Source: a virus. From it: DNA of 64,000 nt. Location: positions 22,288 to 86,287 of IMG/VR virus record IMGVR_UViG_3300033149_004284. The stretch is one strand, 5' to 3'. The notes beneath the pieces were generated by a model. The model searched no databases and was not told where the DNA came from. It saw nothing but the letters and a program-made list of their open reading frames with translations. Positions 37,327-46,634 of the stretch are shown here, one piece after another (the stretch's first letter is position 1; the number at the start of each line of letters is the position of its first letter). Position numbers and translations under genes: made by a program.

Positions 37327-38396
37327 TATTCTACCTTGATACATACATTACTGACGAGCCTCTCCATCCTGCGTTTGTTTGGCCAAACAGGGAGATCAGG
37401 AACTCCTGTCCCCAGTATAAGATGCCACGGAGAATAGATATCACAAAGTACACGCTTGCGAGTTATAAGATGATTCCGTGGACACATGTTGTCATCGCAT
37501 ACGATGTTGCTGATAAGGATGATGAAAGCACGTTCCTGGACTTTGTGCAAGAAGTTTTCCCAGACGCAGATGTTAGTCGGCCTCGCTCCTCTAACCAGAA
37601 GACGTACAGGGCAAGAGTGGAGCAAGTTTGCAGTTTTGAGGATGACTTCATCTTTTATGCACCTAACAACGATCATCCCCTCATAGCAAGCAATCTCAAT
37701 CACCTGCCCAAGTTACTCAAAAAGGCTTCAAGGTTCTCACAAAACTACCCATTTGTCTCCGTTGTCTACTCGCACTTCAGTGAGTTCGTCAACGCGCCTG
37801 TCGTTGGGAGTCCTTTCTACAGACAGTTCTCTAGCGACTCACGCATAGTAGAAGACGACGAGATTGCTACGAGCTTTGTGAGATTCAATGGCGACAACTC
37901 TTCTATCCAGATCGTCAATAGGAATCTCCTGCAACACTGGTTTTGCTCACATGATCTCGGTGATGCCAGAATCATCAGAGCAGAAGATGTTCGCAGGTTT
38001 CTTCCAACTCCTAACCAGTTGATGATAGTGCCCAAGAAGGAGCTCTGTGCGCACTTTGACGGCTACTCGCATACAACTGGTATCACTAAGATCAGTCCTG
38101 ACCAGATTCCTCCTCTATTCATTCCAACAGGGTTCTTCGACAGCTCGATTCGGATCGCCTACGGATATCCAGAATACCGAGATGGCTGGGTAAACATAAA
38201 CCCTTCTGCGAGGGATTTCAGTTTCCGCGACCGAAAGACGGGCACAGATCTGAAAATTGGTCTTCAGGACATACCTCTTTTCTGGAAGAGCAGAATCGCA
38301 GAAATAGACATCAATGTGAATGCCGACCTCGAGCGAATTAAGGAGGGCAGAGAGAAATACTTTGAGACAGTTCGTAACCCCTGGAGGAAAGCCTAG
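37323..38396 (+). CDS. hypothetical protein, possibly GT-A fold
   Basis: 357 aa; IFYAPNNDH at a DxD-like position, ELCAHFDGY; cluster context. Confidence 0.5.
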   Translation: MIFYLDTYITDEPLHPAFVWPNREIRNSCPQYKMPRRIDITKYTLASYKMIPWTHVVIAYDVADKDDESTFLDFVQEVFPDADVSRPRSSNQKTYRARVEQVCSFEDDFIFYAPNNDHPLIASNLNHLPKLLKKASRFSQNYPFVSVVYSHFSEFVNAPVVGSPFYRQFSSDSRIVEDDEIATSFVRFNGDNSSIQIVNRNLLQHWFCSHDLGDARIIRAEDVRRFLPTPNQLMIVPKKELCAHFDGYSHTTGITKISPDQIPPLFIPTGFFDSSIRIAYGYPEYRDGWVNINPSARDFSFRDRKTGTDLKIGLQDIPLFWKSRIAEIDINVNADLERIKEGREKYFETVRNPWRKA

Positions 38397-38971
38397 TGAT
38401 CAAGTTGCATATAGGCTGTGGCCCCAGAGTGCTAAAGGGATGGATAAATATCGATCTCAAGTTCACTCCTTACCAGGCGTACCTGAAATACTACACTGAC
38501 AAGTACTACCCAGAGTCCGCTAGGGGCGACAAGTCAGATTTTCTTGCACTAGATGTGTCTAGGCAGCCTTTGCCCTTTCCTGACAATTCGGTAGATGTCG
38601 TCTTCCATGAGGACTTCCTTGAGCACCTGAACCAGCGTAGCCAAGTTCTCTTCCTAGCTGATTCTCTCCGAGTCTTGAAGCCAGACTCCATTCATCGAAT
38701 TGATACGCCTAACCTGTTAGCATCGATGCGCGATCACTCTAATTTCTCCCTTGGCTTTCAGGGTGTCTATGTCCATGAGTGGGATAAGTCCAAGCATCTC
38801 AATGTATTGACCCCTAGCTCGCTTGAAGAGATGGCTCTTATGGTTGGATATTCAACAGTAGTCTTCACAGGTAGAAACCAAAGTGCGTCGCCTCTGATTC
38901 CGCCTGAGTATCGCCCTGATCCAAGAGATCGGCCCGAGAACGGAAACATCTTTGCAGATTTGGTTGCTTAG
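38396..38971 (+). CDS. class I SAM methyltransferase
   Basis: KLHIGCG..GWINID, LPFPDNSVD..EDFLEH, RVLKP..RIDTP. Confidence 0.88.
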   Translation: MIKLHIGCGPRVLKGWINIDLKFTPYQAYLKYYTDKYYPESARGDKSDFLALDVSRQPLPFPDNSVDVVFHEDFLEHLNQRSQVLFLADSLRVLKPDSIHRIDTPNLLASMRDHSNFSLGFQGVYVHEWDKSKHLNVLTPSSLEEMALMVGYSTVVFTGRNQSASPLIPPEYRPDPRDRPENGNIFADLVA

Positions 38972-38981
38972 GAGTAGCGCC

Positions 38982-39860
38982 TTGAGGATATTTGTTCTTC
39001 CTGTGTCGTCTCAGTTTCAACCTCCTCCCATGAAGATTCTCTATCCTCCTCACAACAAGCGAGACTACGGCATTGAGCAAGACTTCGCTCAGCATCTCAC
39101 AGAGCCTTCTAGTGACTGGACGATCGCAGAGTCTTCTGACGTTGCTGATTGGCATTACCTTCCTATCTACTGGACACGTTACCATGTGACACATAACTAT
39201 GCCAAGACTGGCCTAGAAGCACTTCAGCGTGAAGTTGCCCGAAGAATCATTGACGACAAAAGGACCTTTACAATTTGCCAGTATGATGATGGGCCTTTGG
39301 TAGACCTTGGTAGAACTGTGCAGTTTCTAGGGTCTCGCAAAGGGGAAGAAGGCATCGACGTCCCTCTTCTTTCCTATCCTCATAAGCTCCCTGCAGTTGA
39401 TCCCCCTAAACAGTGGTTAGCGTCTTTTGCAGGGAGACTCCGAACGCACGAGGTTCGCGCAGACATGCAGCGTGTTCTGGGGCCTCGCCAGGACATTGAC
39501 ATTCAGGACACACGCAAAACCAGTAGATTCTTTGTAGACTTGATCCTTCGGTCGTATGTTTCCCTCTGTCCCAGGGGATGGGGTGGCTCGTCTTTTAGGT
39601 TTTATGAATCTATGCAACTGGGAGTAGTGCCCCTTCTCATTGGCAGCATAGACACCCGCCCCTTCAAACGTTTCCTGAACTGGAGTATAATGAGTCTCTA
39701 TGCTCGCACGGCCGAGGAAGCAAATGTGTCCCTCGACTCCCACACTCTGACAGAATTGCTAGAGATGGGGCGATGTGCCAAGAAAGCCTGGCATCAAGAT
39801 CTATCGTTTGGGCACTGGCACAAGTATGTGTTTCAGGAATTGGAGGCTCTATGGCATTAA
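38982..39860 (+). CDS. exostosin-family (GT47-like) glycosyltransferase
   Basis: LASFAG...H.VR, SLCPRGWGGSSFRFYESMQLGVVP; TTG start after AGGAG. Confidence 0.85.
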   Translation: MRIFVLPVSSQFQPPPMKILYPPHNKRDYGIEQDFAQHLTEPSSDWTIAESSDVADWHYLPIYWTRYHVTHNYAKTGLEALQREVARRIIDDKRTFTICQYDDGPLVDLGRTVQFLGSRKGEEGIDVPLLSYPHKLPAVDPPKQWLASFAGRLRTHEVRADMQRVLGPRQDIDIQDTRKTSRFFVDLILRSYVSLCPRGWGGSSFRFYESMQLGVVPLLIGSIDTRPFKRFLNWSIMSLYARTAEEANVSLDSHTLTELLEMGRCAKKAWHQDLSFGHWHKYVFQELEALWH

Positions 39861-41305
39861 AGCACCATCAGCACTCTCTACAGGCCGAGGCGGTATGGGG
39901 GAAAGCCTACGGCGTGTTTGATCGAATTGTTCAGTTGAGAGGTTTCAGGACTGGCGTCGAGGTTGGCGTTGCTTTTGGAGGGCACATAGAAGCACTTCTC
40001 AACATCCCCACTATTGAGAAGGTCTATGGAGTTGATCCCTATCAGCAAACAGGAACTAGCAGCTCCTTGGGCCTCTCGCAGTCTGAGATGGATACCCTCT
40101 ATCTCTTCGTTCTGAACAGACTTGCCCCGTTTGGCGATCGTTACCAGCCTGTACGAAAAAGCTCGGTAGAGGCATCGTCTATCATCCCGCAGGAGATTGA
40201 TTTCGTCTACATAGACGCTGACCATTCCTACCAGGAAGTTATGGCGGATCTCTGTGCTTGGTTTCCCAAAGTACGCGAAGGCGGGATAATTGGCGGCCAT
40301 GACTATTCTCATCCTGACTTGCCAGGAGTTAAGAAAGCCGTGGATAGATTCTTCAGTCGGTTTGCTCAGCGCGTTCACTCACTAGGCGAATATGTCTGGT
40401 GGATAGAGAAGAAGATGCCCAGCATCAGCTTCGTATTGCCTGCATACAACTGCGCTGAGTTCGTCGAGGAGTCTGTGAAGTCTATTCAGAAGGGGAACTT
40501 TGAAGATGGCGACGAGCTCATCATTGTTGACGATGGCTCATCTGACAATACCCTGATGATTTTGCAGAGACTGGCCGCGTACTATCCCTCAATAAGGCTT
40601 CTCAAACACGACAGTAATAGGGGCGCATCAGCAGCCAGGAATACAGCGATAGCCAGTGCCAAGAACTCCCTACTCTTCAACCTAGACTCAGATAATATCC
40701 TAGTGCCAGGCAGCATCCCCAAACTCAAAACATATTTGATTAGCTCCAATGCTGATATAGCAGTGTTCGAGGAGACGCGTTTCTTTAGAAACGGAACTGG
40801 CCAGATAACACACAGCTGGAAGTATGGCCCAGGTCTGTTGACTCTATCCGACTGCTTGGCTGGCCAAATAACTCCTGGGGCTAGTGGGAACTATATGTTC
40901 ACTAAGGAGTCCTGGGCCAAAGCTGAAGGTTACCCTGAGTTCGCAAAGACCTATGAAACCTGGGGATTCGCCTTCAGGCAGCTAGCCACAGGCTCCAAAA
41001 TGATGGCAATGCCCGACTCTTTCTATCTCCATAGGTATGGCCATTCGTCACTCTGGGTGCGAGAAGGAGGAAATCGGAACGCTTCTCGGAAAACTCTAAA
41101 GATGATTCTGCCCTTTCTTGGCCTGCTTGACTACAAGGACGTTGAATACATAATGAGCCACAAGGAGACCTGGCTTACTAACTTATCTCAGCACCCAATA
41201 CGAGTCAAGGGGAGCGCTCCTGGGAATTCGGGCAGCATCAAACTCCAGAGCCCTCCACTTGACTATATGGAGCTTTTGTGTCAGAATATAGACGAGGAGA
41301 CATAA
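39851..41305 (+). CDS. SAM methyltransferase-GT2 fusion
   Basis: GVEVGVAFG, DFVYIDADHSY, GGIIGGHDY; then SFVLPAYN, VDDGSSD, GASAARN, LDSDN. Confidence 0.92.
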   Translation: MALKHHQHSLQAEAVWGKAYGVFDRIVQLRGFRTGVEVGVAFGGHIEALLNIPTIEKVYGVDPYQQTGTSSSLGLSQSEMDTLYLFVLNRLAPFGDRYQPVRKSSVEASSIIPQEIDFVYIDADHSYQEVMADLCAWFPKVREGGIIGGHDYSHPDLPGVKKAVDRFFSRFAQRVHSLGEYVWWIEKKMPSISFVLPAYNCAEFVEESVKSIQKGNFEDGDELIIVDDGSSDNTLMILQRLAAYYPSIRLLKHDSNRGASAARNTAIASAKNSLLFNLDSDNILVPGSIPKLKTYLISSNADIAVFEETRFFRNGTGQITHSWKYGPGLLTLSDCLAGQITPGASGNYMFTKESWAKAEGYPEFAKTYETWGFAFRQLATGSKMMAMPDSFYLHRYGHSSLWVREGGNRNASRKTLKMILPFLGLLDYKDVEYIMSHKETWLTNLSQHPIRVKGSAPGNSGSIKLQSPPLDYMELLCQNIDEET

Positions 41306-41892
41306 TGATTGACTACAAGACAACCGCTGGTTTCTCCCTGACACTTGAGGAGCGTGAGTTCCTCAAAGACTCTGCTGAGGGCTCTGGCTCCATTGTCAGT
41401 ATCGAGTCTGGCCCCTGCGCTGCGCTATGGTGCTTCAGGGCAGGCGCGCCTGAGTCTTCCATCTACAGCGTGAAGGAGCAAGGATCGATCATAGATGGTG
41501 ATCCAGGAGTAACTATCCTTAGTGGCTTTTCTGACTTCCCTGGAAACTCTGTAGACCTGCTCTTCATAGATGGCTCACATGCTTTCAAGGATGTTCTACT
41601 CGACTTAGTTACTTGGCAAGATAGCATCCCGCTGAAAGGCTTAGTGGTCCTTCACGACTATGAGCACAACAATATGCCTGAAGTTAAGCTGGCTACTGAG
41701 TTCTGGCTCAAGAACGTCACCAGGAAAACCTGGCAGCCGATTGAGGCTCCTGGCTCTCTCTTTGCCCTCAGGCGTATTGCTCGTGGGAGGAAGCCAGCTG
41801 TTGTCCCCGTAGAGGCCCTCAAGGAACAGCACGCTGAGCAAGAGAGCGTATCAGAGAAGGCAACCGGCCAAGTGGACCCTAGACAGGACTGA
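41305..41892 (+). CDS. SAM methyltransferase (Methyltransf_24-like), degenerate motif I
   Basis: VDLLFIDGSH, GLVVLHDY. Confidence 0.75.
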   Translation: MIDYKTTAGFSLTLEEREFLKDSAEGSGSIVSIESGPCAALWCFRAGAPESSIYSVKEQGSIIDGDPGVTILSGFSDFPGNSVDLLFIDGSHAFKDVLLDLVTWQDSIPLKGLVVLHDYEHNNMPEVKLATEFWLKNVTRKTWQPIEAPGSLFALRRIARGRKPAVVPVEALKEQHAEQESVSEKATGQVDPRQD

Positions 41893-41903
41893 GGAGGGAA
41901 TAG

Positions 41904-42233
41904 ATGAGGTACTGCCCCATGTGCGACATCGCTTTGGGCTCACCTGAAGCCCACAAGACCGAATGGTTCTATCATTCAAGGGCAGTTACTATCGTTGAAG
42001 ACCTTGATCCCAAGGGCTATGTCCTAAGGCTCTTGGGCGTACCTCGCAAACATTTCGACTGTGAGGCTACAGGGGAGCTTATAGCAGCGATCCGCCAACA
42101 GACCATTGAGATAGCCTTAGGTGTAGCGCGGGCAATATGTCTGGAGCGAGGGCTAGCAATTGCCCAGATCGATACTGAGCATCATTCATTCAGAGATCAC
42201 TGGCATCTCCAGGTCTGTCTGAGTTTGAGGTGA
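41904..42233 (+). CDS. HIT-like nucleotide hydrolase/transferase
   Basis: CPMC, VPRKH, HWHLQ (HxHxQ). Confidence 0.6.
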   Translation: MRYCPMCDIALGSPEAHKTEWFYHSRAVTIVEDLDPKGYVLRLLGVPRKHFDCEATGELIAAIRQQTIEIALGVARAICLERGLAIAQIDTEHHSFRDHWHLQVCLSLR

Positions 42234-42239
42234 AAACCT

Positions 42240-45200
42240 ATGTCTGAGCTTCTGATTCGCAAGGTCGGCAACATCTGCTTTGTGCTGGACGAGAAGGGCA
42301 AAGATGTCTCAGGTGACTATGCAGACAGCCTTAACCAGTACAGAGATCTCGGGTTGTCCTCATTCTCCCTGTCAGCGCTGGGCTATGAGAATTCTCTCTA
42401 TCCTACTGACTGCCTGGAACTATCAGGGGAGAGCCTGGCTGAGCTCTCCCATCAGGAACGGGTAGACTTGTTCCTCACGGCTCTTCCCCAAGACCAGGAT
42501 ATCTCCTTCCGGCAATCGAAGCAAGTAGAGCTATTCAAACCCTTCACTCCGCTGAAGGCCCGCACTGGCTATGGTCTCTATGAGTTCAATAACAAACAAG
42601 ACCTCTGGGAGATGTGGGCCAAGGAGCGCATAGAGGCCAAGCGACCGATTGCTGTTCAGGCCAAGTTTGACGGTATCCGGCTTATCGTATTCAGGAAGGG
42701 CGACAGAGTTCAGATGCTCACCGAGGATAAGAAACGAGACCGTGCTTCTATTCTCCCTGAAGTCGTAGCAGAGATTAAATCTCTGCCAGGCGACTCCTGC
42801 ATACTGGATGTGGAAGCTGTCATTTGGCAGGAGAATCAGCCCATTCCTCGTCGTGAGATGATAAAGATGGTTGTGGGCAAAACACCTCTCAGGGGTGAGG
42901 ATATCCACATTAATGTCCACGATTGTCTGCTAGTAGATGGTAAGCCTCTTAACACTGAGCCCTACTCGGTGCGATTGGCAGCTCTTGACGAACTTCTCCC
43001 TAAGGATAAGAAGTTTCTCAGAAAGGCTCAAACTTGGGTAGCTAAGACTAAAAGCGAGTTCCTGTCTGCCCTCGACAAGGCATCTGCTTATCCTGGCTCA
43101 GAAGGAGCTATGGTCAAAACCTTGGATAGCGACTATCCTATTCGGGGTCGTACCCGAGAAGAGACTGCTGACTGGGGAAAGTTAAAGTTGGCGGTGGAGC
43201 TGCATTGCAAAGTCATAGGGCGTACTCGCAAGCCTAATCCCTGGCCTCCTGACGAACGCCCCAAACGCAATCTCCAGGGTGATGAGGCCCTTAAAGCCTT
43301 TCGTAAGTTGCAGAAAGGCTCCAAGACTTTCTACTATCGCTGTGCCCTTCGGGACGGTAAGAAGCTCATCCCTATCGACTCTGAGCACAAGCTGACTCCT
43401 GGAAACCTCTCCCTCAAGTGGGACGCCGAACACGAGGGCGGAGTCTGGAAAGGCACTGACGACCCTGAAATCTGGGAGATGGCTAAGGGTTTTGAGAACA
43501 GGCCCCGAGGCGACTGGGCTTATGGCAATACCTACGCCGTTAAGTACGACCCTCCGCCGAAACTGGGCGATATCATCACAGTGGCTCCCATCCTGATGCG
43601 AGCCTGGAAGGACAACAGCACTACTCACTACTCCTGGACTTTTCCTAGATGCAAAGAGTTTGATCCTACCCGTACACAGCCTGACACCGTCCAGGACGCA
43701 GAGCGCATCGTGGCAAAGTCTCCCAAGTCCATCCGCAAGCATGTTCGTCCTGGGCCTTTTGGGCATCCTGGAGGCAAAACCGTCTTGCTGAAGCATATCC
43801 TGCCTAGGATACCTGCCCATGAGACTTATTGTGAGCCTTATGTCGGATCAGGGGCTGTATTCTTCGCCAAGCCCAAAGCCCACAAGTCAGTTCTAGGGGA
43901 TACAGACCCTGAGATAATAGCAGCCCTCCGCTTTGTTCGGGACGCCTCAGCAGAGGATATCGAATGGCTGCGCAAGCAGAACTGGCAGCCGTCCAAGGGT
44001 CGCTGGCAGTTCCTCAAGGATCAAAAGCCAGTCCGCAAACGAGAGCGCTTCTATCGCTTTAGATACCTGGATATCAACTCCTGGGCTCACTCGCCTGCTA
44101 AAGGCTTCGCCCGTAGCAACCAGCCCGCATCCATGAAAGCCGAAATGGATAAGATCAGGGCAGGCCAGCAGAAACTACGTGGCAATGTCTCTATCGTCCA
44201 GCAAGACGCCTTCAAGACTATGCGGGAGAATGACTCACTGTCTACTTTCCACTACATTGATCCGCCCTATTGGGGCAGTGGTGACCTTCAGCCCTATGGT
44301 GGTAAGGCCCCTGACCCCGAAGCCCTTGTTAAGTTCCTCAAAGGACTACGCGGCAAGTGGCTACTATCCATGGCAGACAAACCTAGAACGCGCAAGGCCT
44401 TCAAGGATTTCAATATCAAGTCAGTCTCTCGTCAAATGACTTATACAGTTTACTCGCGTAAGACTAAGGCTGGTCAGCCAACACGCACTCGCCGTGAGCT
44501 CCTAATTGCTAACTACGACTTCGCCGATCTCCACGAAGCCGTAGTTCCTCCTGGCGAAGGCGAGAAACCCACCCACAAGAAGCAGCGTGCTGAGGCTGAG
44601 CGCAAGTTCGGCGATCCCTACATGGTTCACCAACCTCCCGACAAAACCTTTCCCTTTGTCTATATGCACCATGAGCGGGGTATCTGGACTCAGGCTGAGC
44701 TTGTGGGCCTACGCGCCGCACTCAAGAACGCCAGACGATATCCTGATCTTATTCCTGACATCTGGAAACGTTACAAGCCTGTCGTCCTAACGACTAGCCT
44801 AGAGTCTCTCAGGCGAGACGCAGAGGCAACCTCCGAGAAGCGGGGTGATGTCACTGCTGCTGTCCACAAGCACCTTGACGAGAAACCTCCCAAAGTTCTT
44901 CCTTCCAACAACAAGATACTCAATGTGGGCAATGTCCATGGTGACTGGCGAATGCGCTCTCCAGAGGGCGAGTTCCTCATTGGGTGGACCCTCTCTACCC
45001 CGTCGGTTGTACTCCAGTTTGCCGACGGCAAAACCGTCTATCCTATCAGGGACAGATTCCTTGAGAACAAGGAGGGCGACAAGATAGTAGCCTACCGCAA
45101 GTGTCCTAATCCACTCTGTGACGAGGAGCGCTATTTACGCCTAGTTGAATCCAATCCTCATGAGAGCGTGTCCCAGATGTTCGCCAGCGAGGAGGGCGAA

Positions 45201-46271
45201 ATAATTCTCGGTTCCCAACGTCCGTTAGCTATGCGATTGGCAGAATCAGGTGCAATCCAACTCTTGGCAGGCTTGCCAGAGAATCTTACTCAGGAATCGG
45301 TTCAGCCGATGGTATGGCTCACTATCGTCAATCCTAAGCGTCTCGTCTATCAGGTCTCAGCTGGAGGCGTAGGTGCAACGGCGAAGACTGGCGCTAGGTT
45401 CATCTTTCGGGATGCTGGGAAAGTGGCATATGGTTGCCAAAAGTCGGATTTCCATGAGGGGTTTTTCTGGTTCAACCGCCACAAAAATCTCTCAGGCCGC
45501 TGGGGAGTCCAGGAGCTAGCAGGTAGGCCTGAGTACACAAAGCTCGGAACTGAGGGTAACTGGTGGATGGTCAATCATGTCGTCAAAGACCCTCGGCCCT
45601 ACATCCTCCGCTACTCCCGTGATGCTAAGGAGCGGCAGGCTAAAAAGGAACATCTCAAACACATCATCTGGAACGCCGATGTCCTCAAAGTTCTCAAGGC
45701 TGACCCTCATGGCCGCAAATGGCTAGGGCTAACCTCCCAGAAGAAACTAGACGAGAAGTGGGCTGAGTTCTCTGCTGGCAATGGAGAGTTTCGCCTTCGC
45801 AAATCGCTCAGCTTCAGCTCGAAGCTCTTTCACTCACCGGCCGCCGAAAAGCAACTGTTTGTCTATGGGGCAATTCTCATCCCAGGCAAAACTGACGCTC
45901 AGGGCCACCATGTTACAGCAATAGAGGTCGCTAAGGCCATTCGCACAATGGGGGACATTGGTTTCGATATTGAGCATTCTGAGAAAGTCTCTCCCAACGA
46001 TCTTAGGCTTACCCAAATCTTCCAAGCCCCAGTTGGGTTCAAGATTGGCAGCCAGCATTTCAAGAAAGGCACTGCTATTGCCGAGATCGCTGTTCTGTCG
46101 CCCGCGATTCGCAAGCGTGTTCTCTCAGGTGAGATCAGGGGCTTCTCGATCTCCGGGAAAGGGGTTATGGACAACTCGGCAGGCCTGTACGACATTAAGA
46201 TTCAGAAGATCTCCCTTGTTGGGAGCCCTGCTATCAAAGAGGATTTCATAATAAAGGTTGAGGACGTGTAA
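42240..46271 (+). CDS. polyprotein: ATP-dependent DNA ligase, Dam-like adenine methyltransferase, LigD-type phosphoesterase, XkdF-like protease
   Basis: QAKFDGIR, ILDVE, EGAMVK, WGKLK; HPGGK, EPYVGSGAVFF, IDPPY, ELLIANY; FVYMHHERG..HGDWR..LIGWT; VYGAILIP..DAQG..IEH..GEIRGFSISG..ISLVGSPA. Confidence 0.85.
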   Translation: MSELLIRKVGNICFVLDEKGKDVSGDYADSLNQYRDLGLSSFSLSALGYENSLYPTDCLELSGESLAELSHQERVDLFLTALPQDQDISFRQSKQVELFKPFTPLKARTGYGLYEFNNKQDLWEMWAKERIEAKRPIAVQAKFDGIRLIVFRKGDRVQMLTEDKKRDRASILPEVVAEIKSLPGDSCILDVEAVIWQENQPIPRREMIKMVVGKTPLRGEDIHINVHDCLLVDGKPLNTEPYSVRLAALDELLPKDKKFLRKAQTWVAKTKSEFLSALDKASAYPGSEGAMVKTLDSDYPIRGRTREETADWGKLKLAVELHCKVIGRTRKPNPWPPDERPKRNLQGDEALKAFRKLQKGSKTFYYRCALRDGKKLIPIDSEHKLTPGNLSLKWDAEHEGGVWKGTDDPEIWEMAKGFENRPRGDWAYGNTYAVKYDPPPKLGDIITVAPILMRAWKDNSTTHYSWTFPRCKEFDPTRTQPDTVQDAERIVAKSPKSIRKHVRPGPFGHPGGKTVLLKHILPRIPAHETYCEPYVGSGAVFFAKPKAHKSVLGDTDPEIIAALRFVRDASAEDIEWLRKQNWQPSKGRWQFLKDQKPVRKRERFYRFRYLDINSWAHSPAKGFARSNQPASMKAEMDKIRAGQQKLRGNVSIVQQDAFKTMRENDSLSTFHYIDPPYWGSGDLQPYGGKAPDPEALVKFLKGLRGKWLLSMADKPRTRKAFKDFNIKSVSRQMTYTVYSRKTKAGQPTRTRRELLIANYDFADLHEAVVPPGEGEKPTHKKQRAEAERKFGDPYMVHQPPDKTFPFVYMHHERGIWTQAELVGLRAALKNARRYPDLIPDIWKRYKPVVLTTSLESLRRDAEATSEKRGDVTAAVHKHLDEKPPKVLPSNNKILNVGNVHGDWRMRSPEGEFLIGWTLSTPSVVLQFADGKTVYPIRDRFLENKEGDKIVAYRKCPNPLCDEERYLRLVESNPHESVSQMFASEEGEIILGSQRPLAMRLAESGAIQLLAGLPENLTQESVQPMVWLTIVNPKRLVYQVSAGGVGATAKTGARFIFRDAGKVAYGCQKSDFHEGFFWFNRHKNLSGRWGVQELAGRPEYTKLGTEGNWWMVNHVVKDPRPYILRYSRDAKERQAKKEHLKHIIWNADVLKVLKADPHGRKWLGLTSQKKLDEKWAEFSAGNGEFRLRKSLSFSSKLFHSPAAEKQLFVYGAILIPGKTDAQGHHVTAIEVAKAIRTMGDIGFDIEHSEKVSPNDLRLTQIFQAPVGFKIGSQHFKKGTAIAEIAVLSPAIRKRVLSGEIRGFSISGKGVMDNSAGLYDIKIQKISLVGSPAIKEDFIIKVEDV

Positions 46272-46351
46272 GGAAAAGGAGACCTTCGCCTTAGCCATCA
46301 TCTGGGAACTTGAATGAGGAAAAGACATGGCCTTAGATTCCTTCCTAGGAC

Positions 46352-46380
46352 TTGACAAGCGCAGCATAACCGGTTATAAT
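46352..46380 (+). promoter_or_regulatory. consensus sigma70 promoter upstream of the capsid gene
   Basis: TTGACA-N17-TATAAT. Confidence 0.9.
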
Positions 46381-46634
46381 GAAGATAACAAAGCTCATCC
46401 CATAGTGCGGGCCTGGATTAGCCAACTAATTCAGTCTAAAGAGCTAGCCCTGGTCCTAGACAGGTATGAGTTTCGGCGTATCGATGTGACGCTCTCAGCT
46501 AGTGGAGGTAAGGCGGTACTCAAACCGACGATCTCGTTTCGCTAATCACATAACCGCTCGCAATAGGCGGAGCAACTGTTTTGTAGTGAGGAGGAGACTA
46601 CAGCCTCCTCTCTTTCATTCTAAGGGAGGTAACA

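Noticed and set aside
31074-42233. Host LPS/EPS locus or contig chimera
   Set aside because: Genes are tightly coupled to phage head genes at both ends and lack export or polymerase functions; read mapping would settle it.
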